In this document: positions 26,879 through 39,745 of the stretch, one piece after another | How positions within the stretch are numbered: the first letter of the stretch is position 1 | How the letters are laid out: every line of letters starts with the position of its first letter | Source of the DNA: Eledone cirrhosa | Lineage: Eukaryota | Assembly (NCBI GenBank): GCA_964016885.1 | Contig: OZ024742.1 | Coordinates: forward strand, 144,212,001 to 144,276,000 | DNA: 64,000 nt | Direction: 5' to 3' | Notes under the pieces: model-generated | Told to the model about the DNA's origin: nothing | Seen by the model: the letters and a program-made list of their open reading frames with translations, nothing else | Databases searched by the model: none | Program-made: the position numbers and the translations under genes

Positions 26879-27320
26879 TTATAAAGAAAACAGATACACA
26901 TGATGTAGTTACATATATACACACACTCATCTATACAAACACACACACACACACACATATACATATATATATTTATATATACACACATTTATAAAGAAAA
27001 CAGATACACATGATGTAGTTACATATATACACACACTTATCTATACAAACACACACACACACACACACATATATGCATATACATATATATATTTATATAT
27101 ACACACATTTATAAAGAAAACAGATACACATGATGTAGTTACATATATACACACACACTCATCTATACAAACACACACACATATACATATACATATATAT
27201 ATTTATATATACACACATTTATAAAGAAAACAGATACACATGATGTAGTTACATATATACACACACTCATCTATACAAACACACACACACATATACATAT
27301 ATATATTTATACACATATAT
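26765..27320. repeat. ~4 tandem units of ~110-125 bp with embedded (CA)n/(TA)n
   Basis: ATAAAGAAAACAGATACACATGATGTAGTT at about 26881, 26991, 27111 and 27221. Confidence 0.9.
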
Positions 27321-27426
27321 ATACAGATCACTTCTATGTACACGCATACACACGCAGGCACACACACACAGATATCTATATAGATAATACACAAATGTAC
27401 AGAAATACTAGACAGAATCAGTAGAT

Positions 27427-27467
<41 letters not shown>

Positions 27468-27554
27468 GAATATAACTACAGAAACACTGAATAGAAATAA
27501 TCCTGTTAATATGTAGGTGTTATTGAGAGGTAGCTACTACCATACAGTAGCAGT

Positions 27555-28236
27555 GAGAGGGGAAGAGAGATATATAGAGGAAGAGAGAGAGGGGGTGAGA
27601 TAGATAGCGAGAGGTTGAGATAGAGTGAGAGAGAGATATATAGAGGAAGAGGGGGGGGGGGTGAGATAGATAGAGATAGAGTGAGAGAGAGATATATAGA
27701 GGAAGAGAGAGGGTGAGGGGGAGATAGGAAGAGAGAGGGTGGGGGGGAGATAGATAGAGAGAGCTATATAGAGGTAGAGAGAGAGGGGGTGAGATAGATA
27801 GAGAGAGGTTGAGAGTGAGAGAGAGATATATATAGAGGAAGAGAGAGGGGGATGAGATAGATAGAGAGAGGTTGAGATCGAGTGAGAGAGAGATATATAG
27901 AGGAAGAGAGGGGGGGGGATAGATAGAGAGAGATATAGAGGAAGAGAGAGGGGGTGAGATAGAGTGAGAGAGATATATATAGAGGAAGAGAGAGGGAGTG
28001 AGATAGATAGAGAGAGAGTGAAATAGAGTGAGAGAGAGAGATATAGAGGAAGAGAGAGGGGGTGAGATAGAGTGAGAGAGATATATATATAGAGGAAGAG
28101 GGAGGGGGTGAGATAGATAGATAGATAGAGAGAGAGAAAGAAAGATAGATAGATAGAGGGAGAGAGAAAGAGATAGATAGATAGAGAGTGAGAGAGAGAG
28201 CTAGAGTGAGAGAGGGTGGGATAGATAGATAGAGAG
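27555..28236. repeat. GA-rich degenerate satellite
   Basis: Recurring GAGATATATAGAGGAAGAGAGAGGGGGTGAGATAG. Confidence 0.85.
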
Positions 28237-28589
28237 ATGTATAGTTTGAAAAGGTGTTTAGTGATTATACAGTTTTCAGGGTATGGTTTGTCAGTGGTTT
28301 GGGTAAGAATTTTATTTACTTTCCATTTTTTGTTTTTCTTTTCTTGTTTTTCTTTATTTATTTTCTTTCTTTCTTTATTTATTTATTTTATTTATTTATT
28401 TATTTTTTTTAGTATTTTTTTTGTTTTTGTAAATATATTTCACTTTTTCAACACAGGATCTAGCATCTCTGTTTGTTAAAAGCTTTGATATTAGGGGAGA
28501 GAGAAGTGAGTTTTGTCTGCAGCAGAAATGTCTGAAGTGATGAGGGTCTTTTTTTTTTAAATGTTTTTAATGTTTTCTTTTCTTCTTCC

Positions 28590-29110
28590 TCTACCACCAC
28601 CACCATCATCACTACAACTACCACCACCACCACCACCACCACCACCACCACCACCACCACCACCACCACTACAACTGCCGCCACCACCACCACCATCACC
28701 ACAACTACTACCATCACTACAACTACTGCTACCACCATCACTACAACTACTACCCCCACCACCACCACTACCACCACAATCACCACCACCCCTACCACTT
28801 ATCACTAGTACTACCACCACCACTACAACTACTACCACCACCACCACCACCAAAACTACTACCACTACCACCACCACCACCATCACTACAACTAGTATTA
28901 CCACCACCATGACTACAATTACTGCTACCACCACCACCATCACTACAACTAGTATTACCACCACCATGACTACAATTACTGCTACCACCACCACCACCAT
29001 CACTACAACTAGTATTACCACCACCATCACTACAATTACTGCTACCACCACCACCACCACTACAACTAGTATTACCACCACCACCGCCACCACCACTATG
29101 ACTGCTACCA
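28590..29110. repeat. (ACC/ACT)n compound repeat with ~57-60-bp units
   Basis: ACTACAACTAGTATTACCACC repeated. Confidence 0.85.
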
Positions 29111-29647
29111 CTTTACTATTTGAACAGCTTACTTCCAGTACTCTTATTTCAATTCAGTTCTAACACCACTAAACAGTATTGAGAGATATTTTAGTGAGAA
29201 AGGGGGTAATGTGGATTTATTGGAATCTTTCCTTCCATTTCTTAAAACCAAATTACTACCATCATTTTGTCAATCCATTTATTATTTATTCTATCTTCTG
29301 CTTAGTTTTTATTCAAACTGAGAGAGAAAGAGAGAGAGAGAGTCATTAGAGGGCGAGAAATAGTGAAAATTATCTTAACCAAGATGATGCAAAGTGTATG
29401 ACATAAAGTTTGCTGCATCAATTAGAAAAAAACACACACACACTATTATCATCATCATAATCATCATTACAACAGCAAAACTACCATCATGATCATCATC
29501 ATCATCATCAATGATGATAGATGCACTTAGAGAAACAAAGAAGTATAAATAAACATGATGTTTCTGTGTAAACATGTTTTAACATTTAATTCCACAACAA
29601 ATACAGGAACAACAGGATATTGGTACTAAACCTGCATTGATGTTACA

Positions 29648-29686
<39 letters not shown>

Positions 29687-29994
29687 CATCATCACCATTT
29701 TACGTCAATTTTTCCACACTAGCATGGGTTAGACGGGTTGTCCTGTTGTAGGCACTGCTAGGTCAGGTAACTATGCCTTTTTTGGTTCAGTGTGTTTACA
29801 TATATGCAGTAATGCACTGGGTAATTGCTGGCCTTGTGCCTAACGTAGAAATAATTATTAGACTATTTTATTTAGGCAAAGTTATGGTGAAATCTAATTC
29901 TCTCTCTCTGTATGTATATATATATATATAGGAAAAAGTATGACCCCGACGGCAGAGCTCAAACCGTTTCGACGGCTATCTCTCTCTCTGTATG

Positions 29995-30026
<32 letters not shown>

Positions 30027-30027
<1 letters not shown>

Positions 30028-30212
30028 GAAAAAGTATGACCCCGACGGCAGAGCTCAAGCCGTTTCGACGGCTATCTCAGAAATAGCCGTCGAAACGGCT
30101 TGAGCTCTGCCGTCGGGGTCATACTTTTTCCTATTTCCCACTCTACTACCCTAAGTATTGAGTACTCTGGTGCATTATGGTCCATCTGGTTCCTTACCAC
30201 AATTCCTTCATG

Positions 30213-30213
<1 letters not shown>
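30027..30213. mobile_element. Foldback plus tail element, copy 2 (partial left-arm duplicate at 29931-29980)
   Basis: Palindrome 30027-30131 followed by the same tail CCCACTCTACTACCCTAAGTATTGAGTAC...; flanked by (TA)n. Confidence 0.75.
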
Positions 30214-30253
<40 letters not shown>

Positions 30254-30300
30254 AGCGGACATAAAATGATGATGATGATATATATATATGTGTATATATA

Positions 30301-30516
30301 GGAAAAGAGCCAGGACCCCTGGTAATAGGAAAATAGTTAGGACTCTGATGGCTGAGCTCCGGCCGTTTCGACAGCTAGATCCAAACTCGGATCTAGCTGT
30401 CCAGAGCTCAGCTGTTGGGGTCCTGACTCTTTTCCTATTACCCACTGTACTACCCTAAGTATCAAGTACTCTGGTGTGTTATGGTCCACCTGGTATCTTA
30501 CGACACCTTCTTTGTT
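30301..30516. mobile_element. Foldback plus tail element, copy 3 (older, partly deleted)
   Basis: Central stem GCTAGATCC-aaactc-GGATCTAGC, the same tail, CpG-type decay. Confidence 0.7.
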
Positions 30517-31641
30517 ATATATATATAGCACAAACCCCACACAACAGTGAAACTGTGTAAAATCTTTGAAATCTGAACCTAATCAATTACTAGTACTTGT
30601 TTTAAATTTATTCTAAAGGAATGAAATACAAAATCTTCTCCAGTGGGATTTGGACACTGATTGCAGAGAAACAATAAAACTAAATGCCAAAATCATGTTA
30701 TTAGACTGCATTAGGATCACCAGCCAGCCTGTTGATTCAAGTACAGCTGAAAAGCATTCACATTTGAAGAAACCCAGAGTTCAGCTAGTTTTGGTTCCTA
30801 CTGACCTGTGCTAAATTTATTGAGAAAGAGTAACACATACATTGAATTAAATAGTAGCAGGAGAGTGATTGGAGATGTTTTGAGTATCAGGAAGAAATGG
30901 CAAGTGGCAGAGGAAAATAATGGATCTTTTGGGATTTACAAATTAGTCTCATCATTTTTCTTTTGTCGTTTTTTTGTTTTTTTTCAATTTGAATGAAGGC
31001 AAGAGTTTACCCACACCTCTCCACTCTTCATGGCTGGGTGAACTACTAGAAATAACAGTCAAATGTCCTTCAAATGATATCTCATACCCACCATTAAGAA
31101 ATAAATAAAAGATATATCAGTTAATGTAGTCCTAGATATGAGGAACCCTTGGCTTCTGCAGAACCCACTTTGGGAATCACTGATCTAGATGATGATACCA
31201 TCAGAAACTTTTACACAAACAACAAAACCAATGCTCCATCCACAATTAGAGATGTCTTTCTTTATAGCCTGTCCCTCAGGAAATAAAGGATAGTAGTACT
31301 CATTTTGTAAATTATAATCAGTGCAAAATATGAAAGTGCTGGGGATGAATATTGGCATTGTGAAAGGGCAATAAAATGACCCTGCAATGGGGCAAGTATA
31401 TAATAGAGAGTTCTAGATCAATCAACAATTATCATTATTTGTTTTACTTTACATGATTAGAAGTGTGTGAGTGTATGTGTGTGCGTGCGCATGCGCGCAC
31501 CAATGGATGATTAAACACCAACAAAATGTGTCCACAACACACAACAAAACACCTGCAGTGGACAAGAACTCACAATTTGTGAGTATGTTGACAAATTTAT
31601 TCAGACATTTTGAGAAGAAGAAAAAATATAGTGAAACTTAC

Positions 31642-32345
31642 CGTTGGGGTGAATTCTGGTGCTTTGTCCATTGCATTCATAATACCATCAGAAATAACTC
31701 TGTCAATATTTTTGAGTACAGATTCCAAGCCACTTGGTCCAACCATGTAGCGGGTAAGTTGACGCAATAGCTGAACAATTTCATCCCACTCATAGCTAAT
31801 TTCCATTTGTTTACTGAAACAACTGTGCATGACATCTTGGCAGAAACCCTTGCAAGGTTTCACACCCACATGTCCCTTGCATTGAGAACAGAACAACATC
31901 TGGGTAATTCCTTTTTTGCAAGTTTCTTCTGTGTCTAGGTGATTTGTTGCGTTTATAGTGTCAGAAACTACAGAAAGGGCTTGAAGATAGGATCTAGCTG
32001 CCCACAGTACTGTGGATAACTCATGGGCCATTTTACGAGAGAAGGTGCCAAATGGTTGTGGGTGTAACTGACGGCGCAGCTTGATGAGGCAATCATTGAG
32101 TGATTCTTTGTAGTTGGTCACAGTTGGATCATTGACAGCATATCGGAAAACAAGGGGTAAAAGCTGGTCGAAGAATTCATTTACAATGATGGGAATTTCA
32201 ACTTGTCCTTGTTTTATGTAATCAAACAAACTTTCAAAAAGCTTGTTAACTGGTACATGGTGTTCACTCCAGGGGATTCGATAAATTTCACTCAAGTGGC
32301 TCATTGTATTTTTTTCTGAATTTTTAATCAGGGCCAAAACATCAT
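31642..32345 (-). CDS. Glypican internal coding exon (GPC3/5/Dally-like; equivalent to the large exon 3)
   Basis: Translation contains the glypican Cys motif C-KKGITQMLF-C-SQ-C-KGHVGVKP-C-KGF-C-QDVMHS-C, plus VNEFFDQLLPLVF, PQPFG, ARSYLQAL, INATNHL and ISDGIMNAM. Acceptor is poly-T..ccttaaatag|ATGAT at 32346/32345 (phase 1). Donor is ACG|gtaagt at 31642/31641 (phase 0). Length 704 nt with no stops. Confidence 0.93.
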
Positions 32346-32564
32346 CTATTTAAGGAAAAAAAAAAAGAATAATGTTTAGGATAATGTTAAAAATGATAAT
32401 GAAAAATATATAAAATAAAATAAAAATCCTTTAAATTACAGAATTGTTCTCTGAAGCAAGACACATTACTCTACTTGCTTTAGTTTAGCTGGAAATAGAT
32501 TTATTGTTGAAAGAAAGAAACTCAAGAAATATGAAAACTCAAAAGAACAACCACATATAGCTTT

Positions 32565-32841
32565 CTATCCTCTTCACCAGTTGTCGTTGTACGTAAGAGG
32601 TGAGTAAGATTTGTTGGCCACTGCCATCGTGCCACCTACGAGCCCGTGTCCCCATTAGTGCTTTGGAAACCACAAGCAGTCACTAATAACAGGGGGCGTA
32701 AGCTCCCCTACCCCGATGTCATCTCCAGAGATTCTGGTATTGAAATCCAGGACTTGGCAACGGCAATGAATGACAGACCCATGTGGAGATCAATTGTTGA
32801 GTCCATTTTGGCTGAGGCCACCAGATGATGATGATGATGAT
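32565..32841 (+). mobile_element. 3' end of an RTE-group LINE with (TGA)n tail
   Basis: RFVGHCHRA..LVLWKP..GRKLPYPDVISRDSG..DLATAMNDRPMW ending directly in TGATGATGA. Confidence 0.75.
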
Positions 32842-32968
32842 ATAGCAATAAGCAAATTGATTTCTTACAACAGGGTGTCACATTAGAAAGGGCATCCAGC
32901 CATAGAAAACCAACCATAAACAGTCCTATACAAACCCGTCTAACCCATGCTAGCATGGAAAATAGACA

Positions 32969-33197
32969 TTAACCCTTTAGCATTTAAACCAGCCGTATCC
33001 GTCCAGAATTCTCTCACCTCTTTCTGTTTAAACTGGCTGTAACTGGCCACTCATACTAATGTTAAAGTATTATTCTCAAAATAAATAATATCAAAATATC
33101 ATAGATAAGATATTGTGCGAGATAATTATGTGAGTTAAAGCCTTTACCATGAAAATACAATAGTGAATGTAGATTAATGTAAATACTAAACGGTTAA
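32969..33197. mobile_element. piggyBac-like MITE with TTAA target-site duplication
   Basis: TTAA|CCCTTTAGCATT ... AATACTAAACGG|TTAA; homologues at 35360 and 40323. Confidence 0.82.
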
Positions 33198-33575
33198 ACG
33201 ATGATAATGATGATGAGTTAAAAGACTTTGATTGAGCTGAGACTACCCATGTAGTTATGACAAAGAACAATCTATGCTTAGAAATGAGAGGCAAAGTCTA
33301 ACTGAAGCCAAGCAAAAAGAAAAGAAAAAAAAAAGAAAATATCCAGGCTTAATTAGAACTTGAAATACATAAGTTCACAACTGCAGTAAAATATTCAATT
33401 CTAATGTTGCATCCTCATATCTGCCCTCTCAGTAAATATATTAATCGTAGCAGTGTTAAGACAGAAATAGAAATCAGTATAGAACTGGTTTTGCAAGACC
33501 TATATCAATAGCTTGATCTACTATAGACTTATAGACTTTCTATAATGTTCAAAGAGTTATGAAAATACGAAATAT

Positions 33576-33741
<166 letters not shown>

Positions 33742-33790
33742 TATGTATATCATCATCATTTAATGTCCGCTCTTCCTGCTAGCAAGGGTT

Positions 33791-33853
<63 letters not shown>

Positions 33854-33937
33854 TATATACGTTGCCTGTAACTGTTGTTACACACCTAACACAAATATAT
33901 AAGTGTGTGTATGTATGAGTGGTTGATGGCTGAGAGT

Positions 33938-33987
33938 TCTTGTCTGATGACCCTGTGATAAACAGGTGAAACTCCAGAGTAACAAGA
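33938..33987 (+). ncRNA. Minimal type-I hammerhead ribozyme motif (Penelope-like element associated)
   Basis: TCTTGT-CTGATGA-C-CCTGT-GATAA-ACAGG-T-GAAA-CTC-CA-GAG-TA-ACAAGA. Stem I 6 bp, intact core, stem II 5 bp, short stem III, GUA cleavage triplet. Confidence 0.7.
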
Positions 33988-34362
33988 CACACTGTTTAGC
34001 TTTAATAAATTGAACATATATATTTAATTATATATATATATATATCATCATCATCATCATTTAACATCCATTTTCTACGCCAGCATCGGTTTGATGAGCT
34101 ATCCTGTTGTGAGACAGGATAGATGTTGGCTTGGTTTCTATGGCTGGATGGCACCACCTTTACTGGGTGCTTTTTGTTGTGACACCTACATGACCACTTT
34201 ACAGTGTGGGCAGAGCAGTTTTTGTTGTGGCACCAAGATGACCACTTTATAGTGGTGAGGTGATTGCAATGTAAGGTAGTGCATACTAGATGTATGCCTC
34301 AGCCCCTGCATATGAGAAGGTGGGTGGTAAAGCAGATGTAAGAACAATGATGGAAAGAGTGA

Positions 34363-34450
<88 letters not shown>

Positions 34451-35359
34451 GAGAGAGAGAGAAGAAAAATGAAATAAAACCAATAACAGGTTTTGTCCAT
34501 CTGAACTGAACCTCTTCATTGAGTAAAGAAGTGAATAGTTTTTATTATTGGCTGTGCCAATATGTTACCAAAAAATGTCAAGATTAAGGTCAAAGTTCAC
34601 TTCATGATGATTTCTTCCAATAACTAAGATTCATTTCTATAAAATGAGAAGATTTCTTATGCCTCTACCCACTTCCCATCCCATTCACAGAGGAATAGAA
34701 TAAATATAGAAAGAAAATAATCATGAAATAACAGGAAAAGAAAGTTGTAAGATATTTTAGTGTCAGCATTAACAAAACCACCAACAAAAACATGTATAGT
34801 TTATTTCTTGCATAAGCACATAGCTATTTATTTTAAGAGAGGAGATTATTCCTTAAAACTGACCCGCAGTACTTGACTGGTATTTTATTTTATCAACATC
34901 TGGAAGTATCAAGCTCAAAATTGATTTAGAACTCAGAAAATAAAAAAATACTGGGTGGTGGTGGTGGTGGTAGCGGATTATCTGTTTCTCCTCTCTTTTG
35001 GAGCCATCTACATTACACTGTAAGAAATGTATTGGTAGGGCGGGGGGTAATCACAAACACATCTCATATAAAACCTAGTATGCTACTGGAATTATCTAAA
35101 GATGGTGAAACAATGTGCAGAACAGCATGAAACAGAAACAGTGGGGAAATGGTTAATCATAAACTTTTAAGGCAAAGTAACAGAGCTGGATGGATTAACT
35201 TTACTTTCTGGATGATTCTTAAATTATCAATCTTATTGACGACATTCAACTGTTTTAACAGCTGTTCCTCACGTTTAAGTTTTCAACTTTTTCTATAAAT
35301 TTCAAATATCCTCAACTCTTCAACTTTATAATTTGTGATACACCTAATGTTTGTTAACC

Positions 35360-35530
35360 TTAACTGTTTAGCATTTAAACCAGTTGTATCCGGCAAGAAT
35401 TCTCTCACCTCTTTCTTGTTAGCAAAAGAAATAATATCAAAATCTCATAGATTCGATATTATGTGAGATAAAGCCTTTACCATAAAAATATAATAGTAAA
35501 TGTAAAGTAATGTAAATGCTAAAGGGTTAA
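35360..35530. mobile_element. piggyBac-like MITE, internally deleted
   Basis: TTAA..TTTAGCATTT ... AATGCTAAAGGG|TTAA. Confidence 0.75.
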
Positions 35531-36177
35531 ATAGATCAAATGGTAAAATGACTATGACAAAATTTGAACTCAGAAATACAAGTTTGTTTTCTTTCATAGA
35601 AGAAGCAATCCCGCAACGATTTTACACATATAACAGTAATTATTTTTCCTAACAATATCAGTTGTTCCTTTTTTTGTTTGCCCTTGTGAGGTCCTATTTA
35701 GAAACTTATTCAGTTAGTTGAGTAATCATTCCAGCAACTCTTTATTAGTCTTGGAGCAACTTCTACATGCCACTAGATATTCAGGAATTCATTCAGTTTG
35801 TTCAGTAGCTCTTCCTAAAGACATTTTTCATTCTAAATACCATAAAAGAACTAAGCTGAGAAAATGGAATGTTGTACAGCTGGACATACAAAGTCAACAA
35901 TGAAATCATCAAGAAACTATTATTATTATTTATGTTTTGCCTCATCTTTCAGTTTTGTTTCTATTTCTTGCCAAGTGTCTTCCCAACACCTAGGGCAGAG
36001 AAACTAATTGTGTATATTGATAAACCACAAAAATAAACACACCAGATTGTTCATGTCACACACTTTACACAGTTACTAAGTTTACTTTATACAGGGCACA
36101 TTATCTGTTTAAAATCATATTTACAGCAGAATGATATTCAATTATGTAAGAGTGCTCAATTGTTTACAATTTATTTG

Positions 36178-36610
36178 ATGGATTGGCAATATTAATAGAG
36201 AATCGGACACCCTGCTTTGCAGCACAGAGTTGCGGCCCTTTACATTCTGAATTCAATGCCACCTAGGTTAGCTTTGCCTACAGGGTCAATAAAATAAAGC
36301 ACCTGTAACGCACTGGGGGTCAATGTAATTGATTTTCGCTTCCCCCAAAATTGCAGGCCTTGTGCTTAAATTAGAAAAATTTATTATTATCAGGGCAATG
36401 GATTGGCAGTATCAGTAGAGTGTCGGGTACTCGCAACATAGAGTTACATCCCTTTATGTTCTGAGTTCAAATACCACCATAATTAGCTTTGCCTTTCATC
36501 CTTACGGGGGGTCGATAAAATAAAGCACCAGTAATACACTGGATCAATTTAATCACCCCCCCCCCCCCCCTCTCTCTCCAAATTGCTGGCATTGTACCTA
36601 AATCAGAAAC

Positions 36611-36650
<40 letters not shown>
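36178..36650 (+). mobile_element. Two adjacent SINE family A copies with (ATT)n tails
   Basis: Heads at ~36180 and ~36395. Confidence 0.8.
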
Positions 36651-36653
<3 letters not shown>

Positions 36654-37174
36654 TTCCTTCTTTTATGCCAAGAGCTGAAGAACACAGTAGAGATTCTATG
36701 AGATATTGTGAGCCAAAAAGGCGGCATCTACTGAACTATTATTACATACTTGACAATATATGCATCCTCTGAAGACTGTTGCAGTTAATTTAGTTTCAAC
36801 TTTATTCAGAGTTTGAAGATTGCAAACTGTTTCTATGCTACAAATCCTTCTGAATGTCTTCCACATGGGATTTAGAAAAATGTAGAATTAAAATTGCAAG
36901 CAGAGTGAAGGTTTGGTTCTGTAATATGTAAATCAAGATTTACATATGTACAAATATGCATGAATGCATGCACATGTATGTGTTTGTAACACACACACAC
37001 ACACATTTGCATGTAGACATACACACATATATATATACACAAATATTTGCACACATATGTTTAATATTTATGATGTAAATAAACATATAAACATGCACGT
37101 TGCATATATACATATATAAATATACACACACATAACAGAAACAAATAAGTACGCTGTCAATCTTTCATCTTTTT

Positions 37175-37246
<72 letters not shown>

Positions 37247-37974
37247 GCACACAAACAAATACAGTGAGACACAGAAACCCTCTCACAATATGCTATCTGA
37301 TTCCTAGCAAAGTCTTTGAAATAAGACACTTGAAGGTTACAATAAATGTCTTCAGGTATCTCTTCTCAGAATTCTATTATATGCACCCAAACACCCAACT
37401 TAGTTTTGCACACATATTAGGACATACTCTGTTTCTGTCTCTCTGTCTCACTGTCTCTATCATTATCTCTATTGCTCTCTCTGGAATTTGTTTCTAGTTT
37501 GTTTGGATTGACAGTCAGCCAAAATAATAAAAAAAAAAGAGAGAAAAAAGGGAAAGAGACAGAGAGAAAAAGAAAAAAACAAAGAAAAAAATAGTAATAG
37601 TGTACCAACCAGCTCCAGAGAAAAAAAAAACCTTTATTACACAGATAAACCTTATGCTAACAAGGGCAAAGTTGACAGACAGAGAGAGAGAGAGAGAGAG
37701 ATGCTAACACCTTCAAATGTCCATATAATAAATAACTACAGATGGACATACAAAGTCAACAATGAAATCAAGAAACTTGGAAGATTTTTATTATTATTAT
37801 TATTTTGGTCTTTTTAAATATTCTGCAGGATTAACAAAGAGTTAAAAAATTTTGCTGGGGTTTGAACTCATTCTGTGTCATTTTGAGTTTACTAAAGTCT
37901 CAGATTGATCAATGTCTTCTGAGTGACATTGAGTTGATAAGAACCTTCAGGAAGAACAATGTAGTCTATCAAGA

Positions 37975-38265
37975 CTAGTGAGATGGATGTCATTGATGCT
38001 GTGCTTAAACTGTTGTAAATTGACTCTGGTAGGAGAGCCATGAACAGGGAGTTTCATTACCAACGTTCTGGACAGGAAGGACTGGATATAGGGCTTAGTG
38101 TGAGGCATGGAGAGGTTGGACACAACATGGGGAAAAAGAGGAAGGGAAATGGGTAAGTCAAGTGTGCCTAGAAGAAGTTAGTATGGGACCAACCAGCTCT
38201 GATTCAGAGGCTGTTGTAGTAATAATTAAAAGGCCGAGAGAATAGACAGCATCTATCTAGCTGTT
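37975..38265 (-). mobile_element. Degraded 3' end of a jockey/CR1/L2-like LINE ORF2
   Basis: Minus-strand YYYNSL*..PHTKPYIQSFLSRT..KLPVHGSPTRVNLQQFKHSINDI resembles the typical C-terminus (SFFPRT..WNSLP..NLQ.FK..IN). Confidence 0.55.
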
Positions 38266-39745
38266 AAGATTGTATATAAAAAAAAATTCCAAATGATCGC
38301 AATGGATGTGTAGGGAATTTTATTTCTATGAAAATTCCATGACAGATCTATAATGCTTATCAAGGAAGACACCAAAGGTCATTTGTTGATCTCATGATAT
38401 TAAAAGAAGTGTGAAGAACGCAGCAGAAGGAAATCAAAACCCTCAGTTTTGAAGAAAAGTGTCATTCTAACAAGTATAATGCCATATTCTTATTTCCATG
38501 ACCCATGAAGCACAAAAGGTGTAATTGTCATGAGAGGGATTTGAAATCAATATAAAGAGATGTGTATGTAACTAAATATTGTATAAAATTTTGTCTGACT
38601 TTGATATTCAACACTTTTAATTTTAATATCAATGAGAAAGCCTCTATCAGTAACTTGACTTGTTAGAAATAGCAAATTAATCTCCCTCAAATCACACTTC
38701 ATCTTGTCACAAGTTTTCTCAACTAGGGTGGATTTGGAGTTAGAAATCAACAACTTGGTGAAACCTCTATGCAGTTGGCTGATTGCTGCAAATAGCAGCC
38801 AAATCCCCATCAAATTACACATTAAAAAAAAACCTATTGGATAATGTATTTCTATATATCCCTGAAAATAAAGAATGTTCCAGGTTGAAACACCCTTTAT
38901 CATAGGTCTGCTTGATTAGGACTAACTTGGAACTTAACAACAATGATAATGATAATATAGTACTTGATACATGCTAACATAGATAAGCTGATGTAAAATG
39001 ATGATGATGGTGATGACGAGGATGATAATATCAACCAATCTTCATCTTTACCCCTACTTTTTCATGCTGGCATGGTAAGACATGGCTTTTTGAGGCAGTG
39101 TTTTATGACTGGATGCCCTGCCTGTTACCACCAACCCTTTTCACAATTTCTTATTACACACATGGATAAAGTGTACCTACTCCTCAAACCAGGTTACACA
39201 TAATATAGGTTAGGAGTATTTGATATTTAGGCTAAATATATAACTAGTTATAGACGTAGACAAAGCTAAACAAGGAATAAGAAGAAAAAAGTGAATTGTA
39301 ATCCACTTAAAACAAAATTAGACAAGACCAAATACAGTAGCAATCATTTCTAAATACATCATCAATGTTTATTGTTAAATAAGTTAGACAAAAACTGAAT
39401 GTAACATTAGAGAAAGAAACCAAATTCAGCAATAGATAGAAATAGCTAAATATAGCATTAGACATTGCTAATTGTAATGTTAGACAGGGTAAGGTAATGA
39501 TAAGATTTTATTTTATAACTAGATGGCTGGTTGGCGGATACACAAATATCACATTTTAGTATTTCAAACGCATGTATCAAAGATATCTAAGACAGATCTT
39601 CAATATTTAGTATCGCTAAAAGAGATTTAGAGATTGATTGTTGAAGAGACTGAAATAACAACTGTTGTTTGAATCAATGTTTATGAAATCAAAAGCATTC
39701 TCTGTTGAAATAGATATATGTAAGTGTAGCTGATGTATTACAGAT

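Noticed and set aside
24867-29163. Poly-His, poly-Pro and mucin-like Thr ORFs
   Set aside because: (ACC)n/(ATC)n simple repeats without splice or homology support.
31597-31641. C-terminal VSFTIFFLLLKMSE as a GPI-like hydrophobic tail
   Set aside because: Lies after a strong GTAAGT donor, so it is intron read-through.
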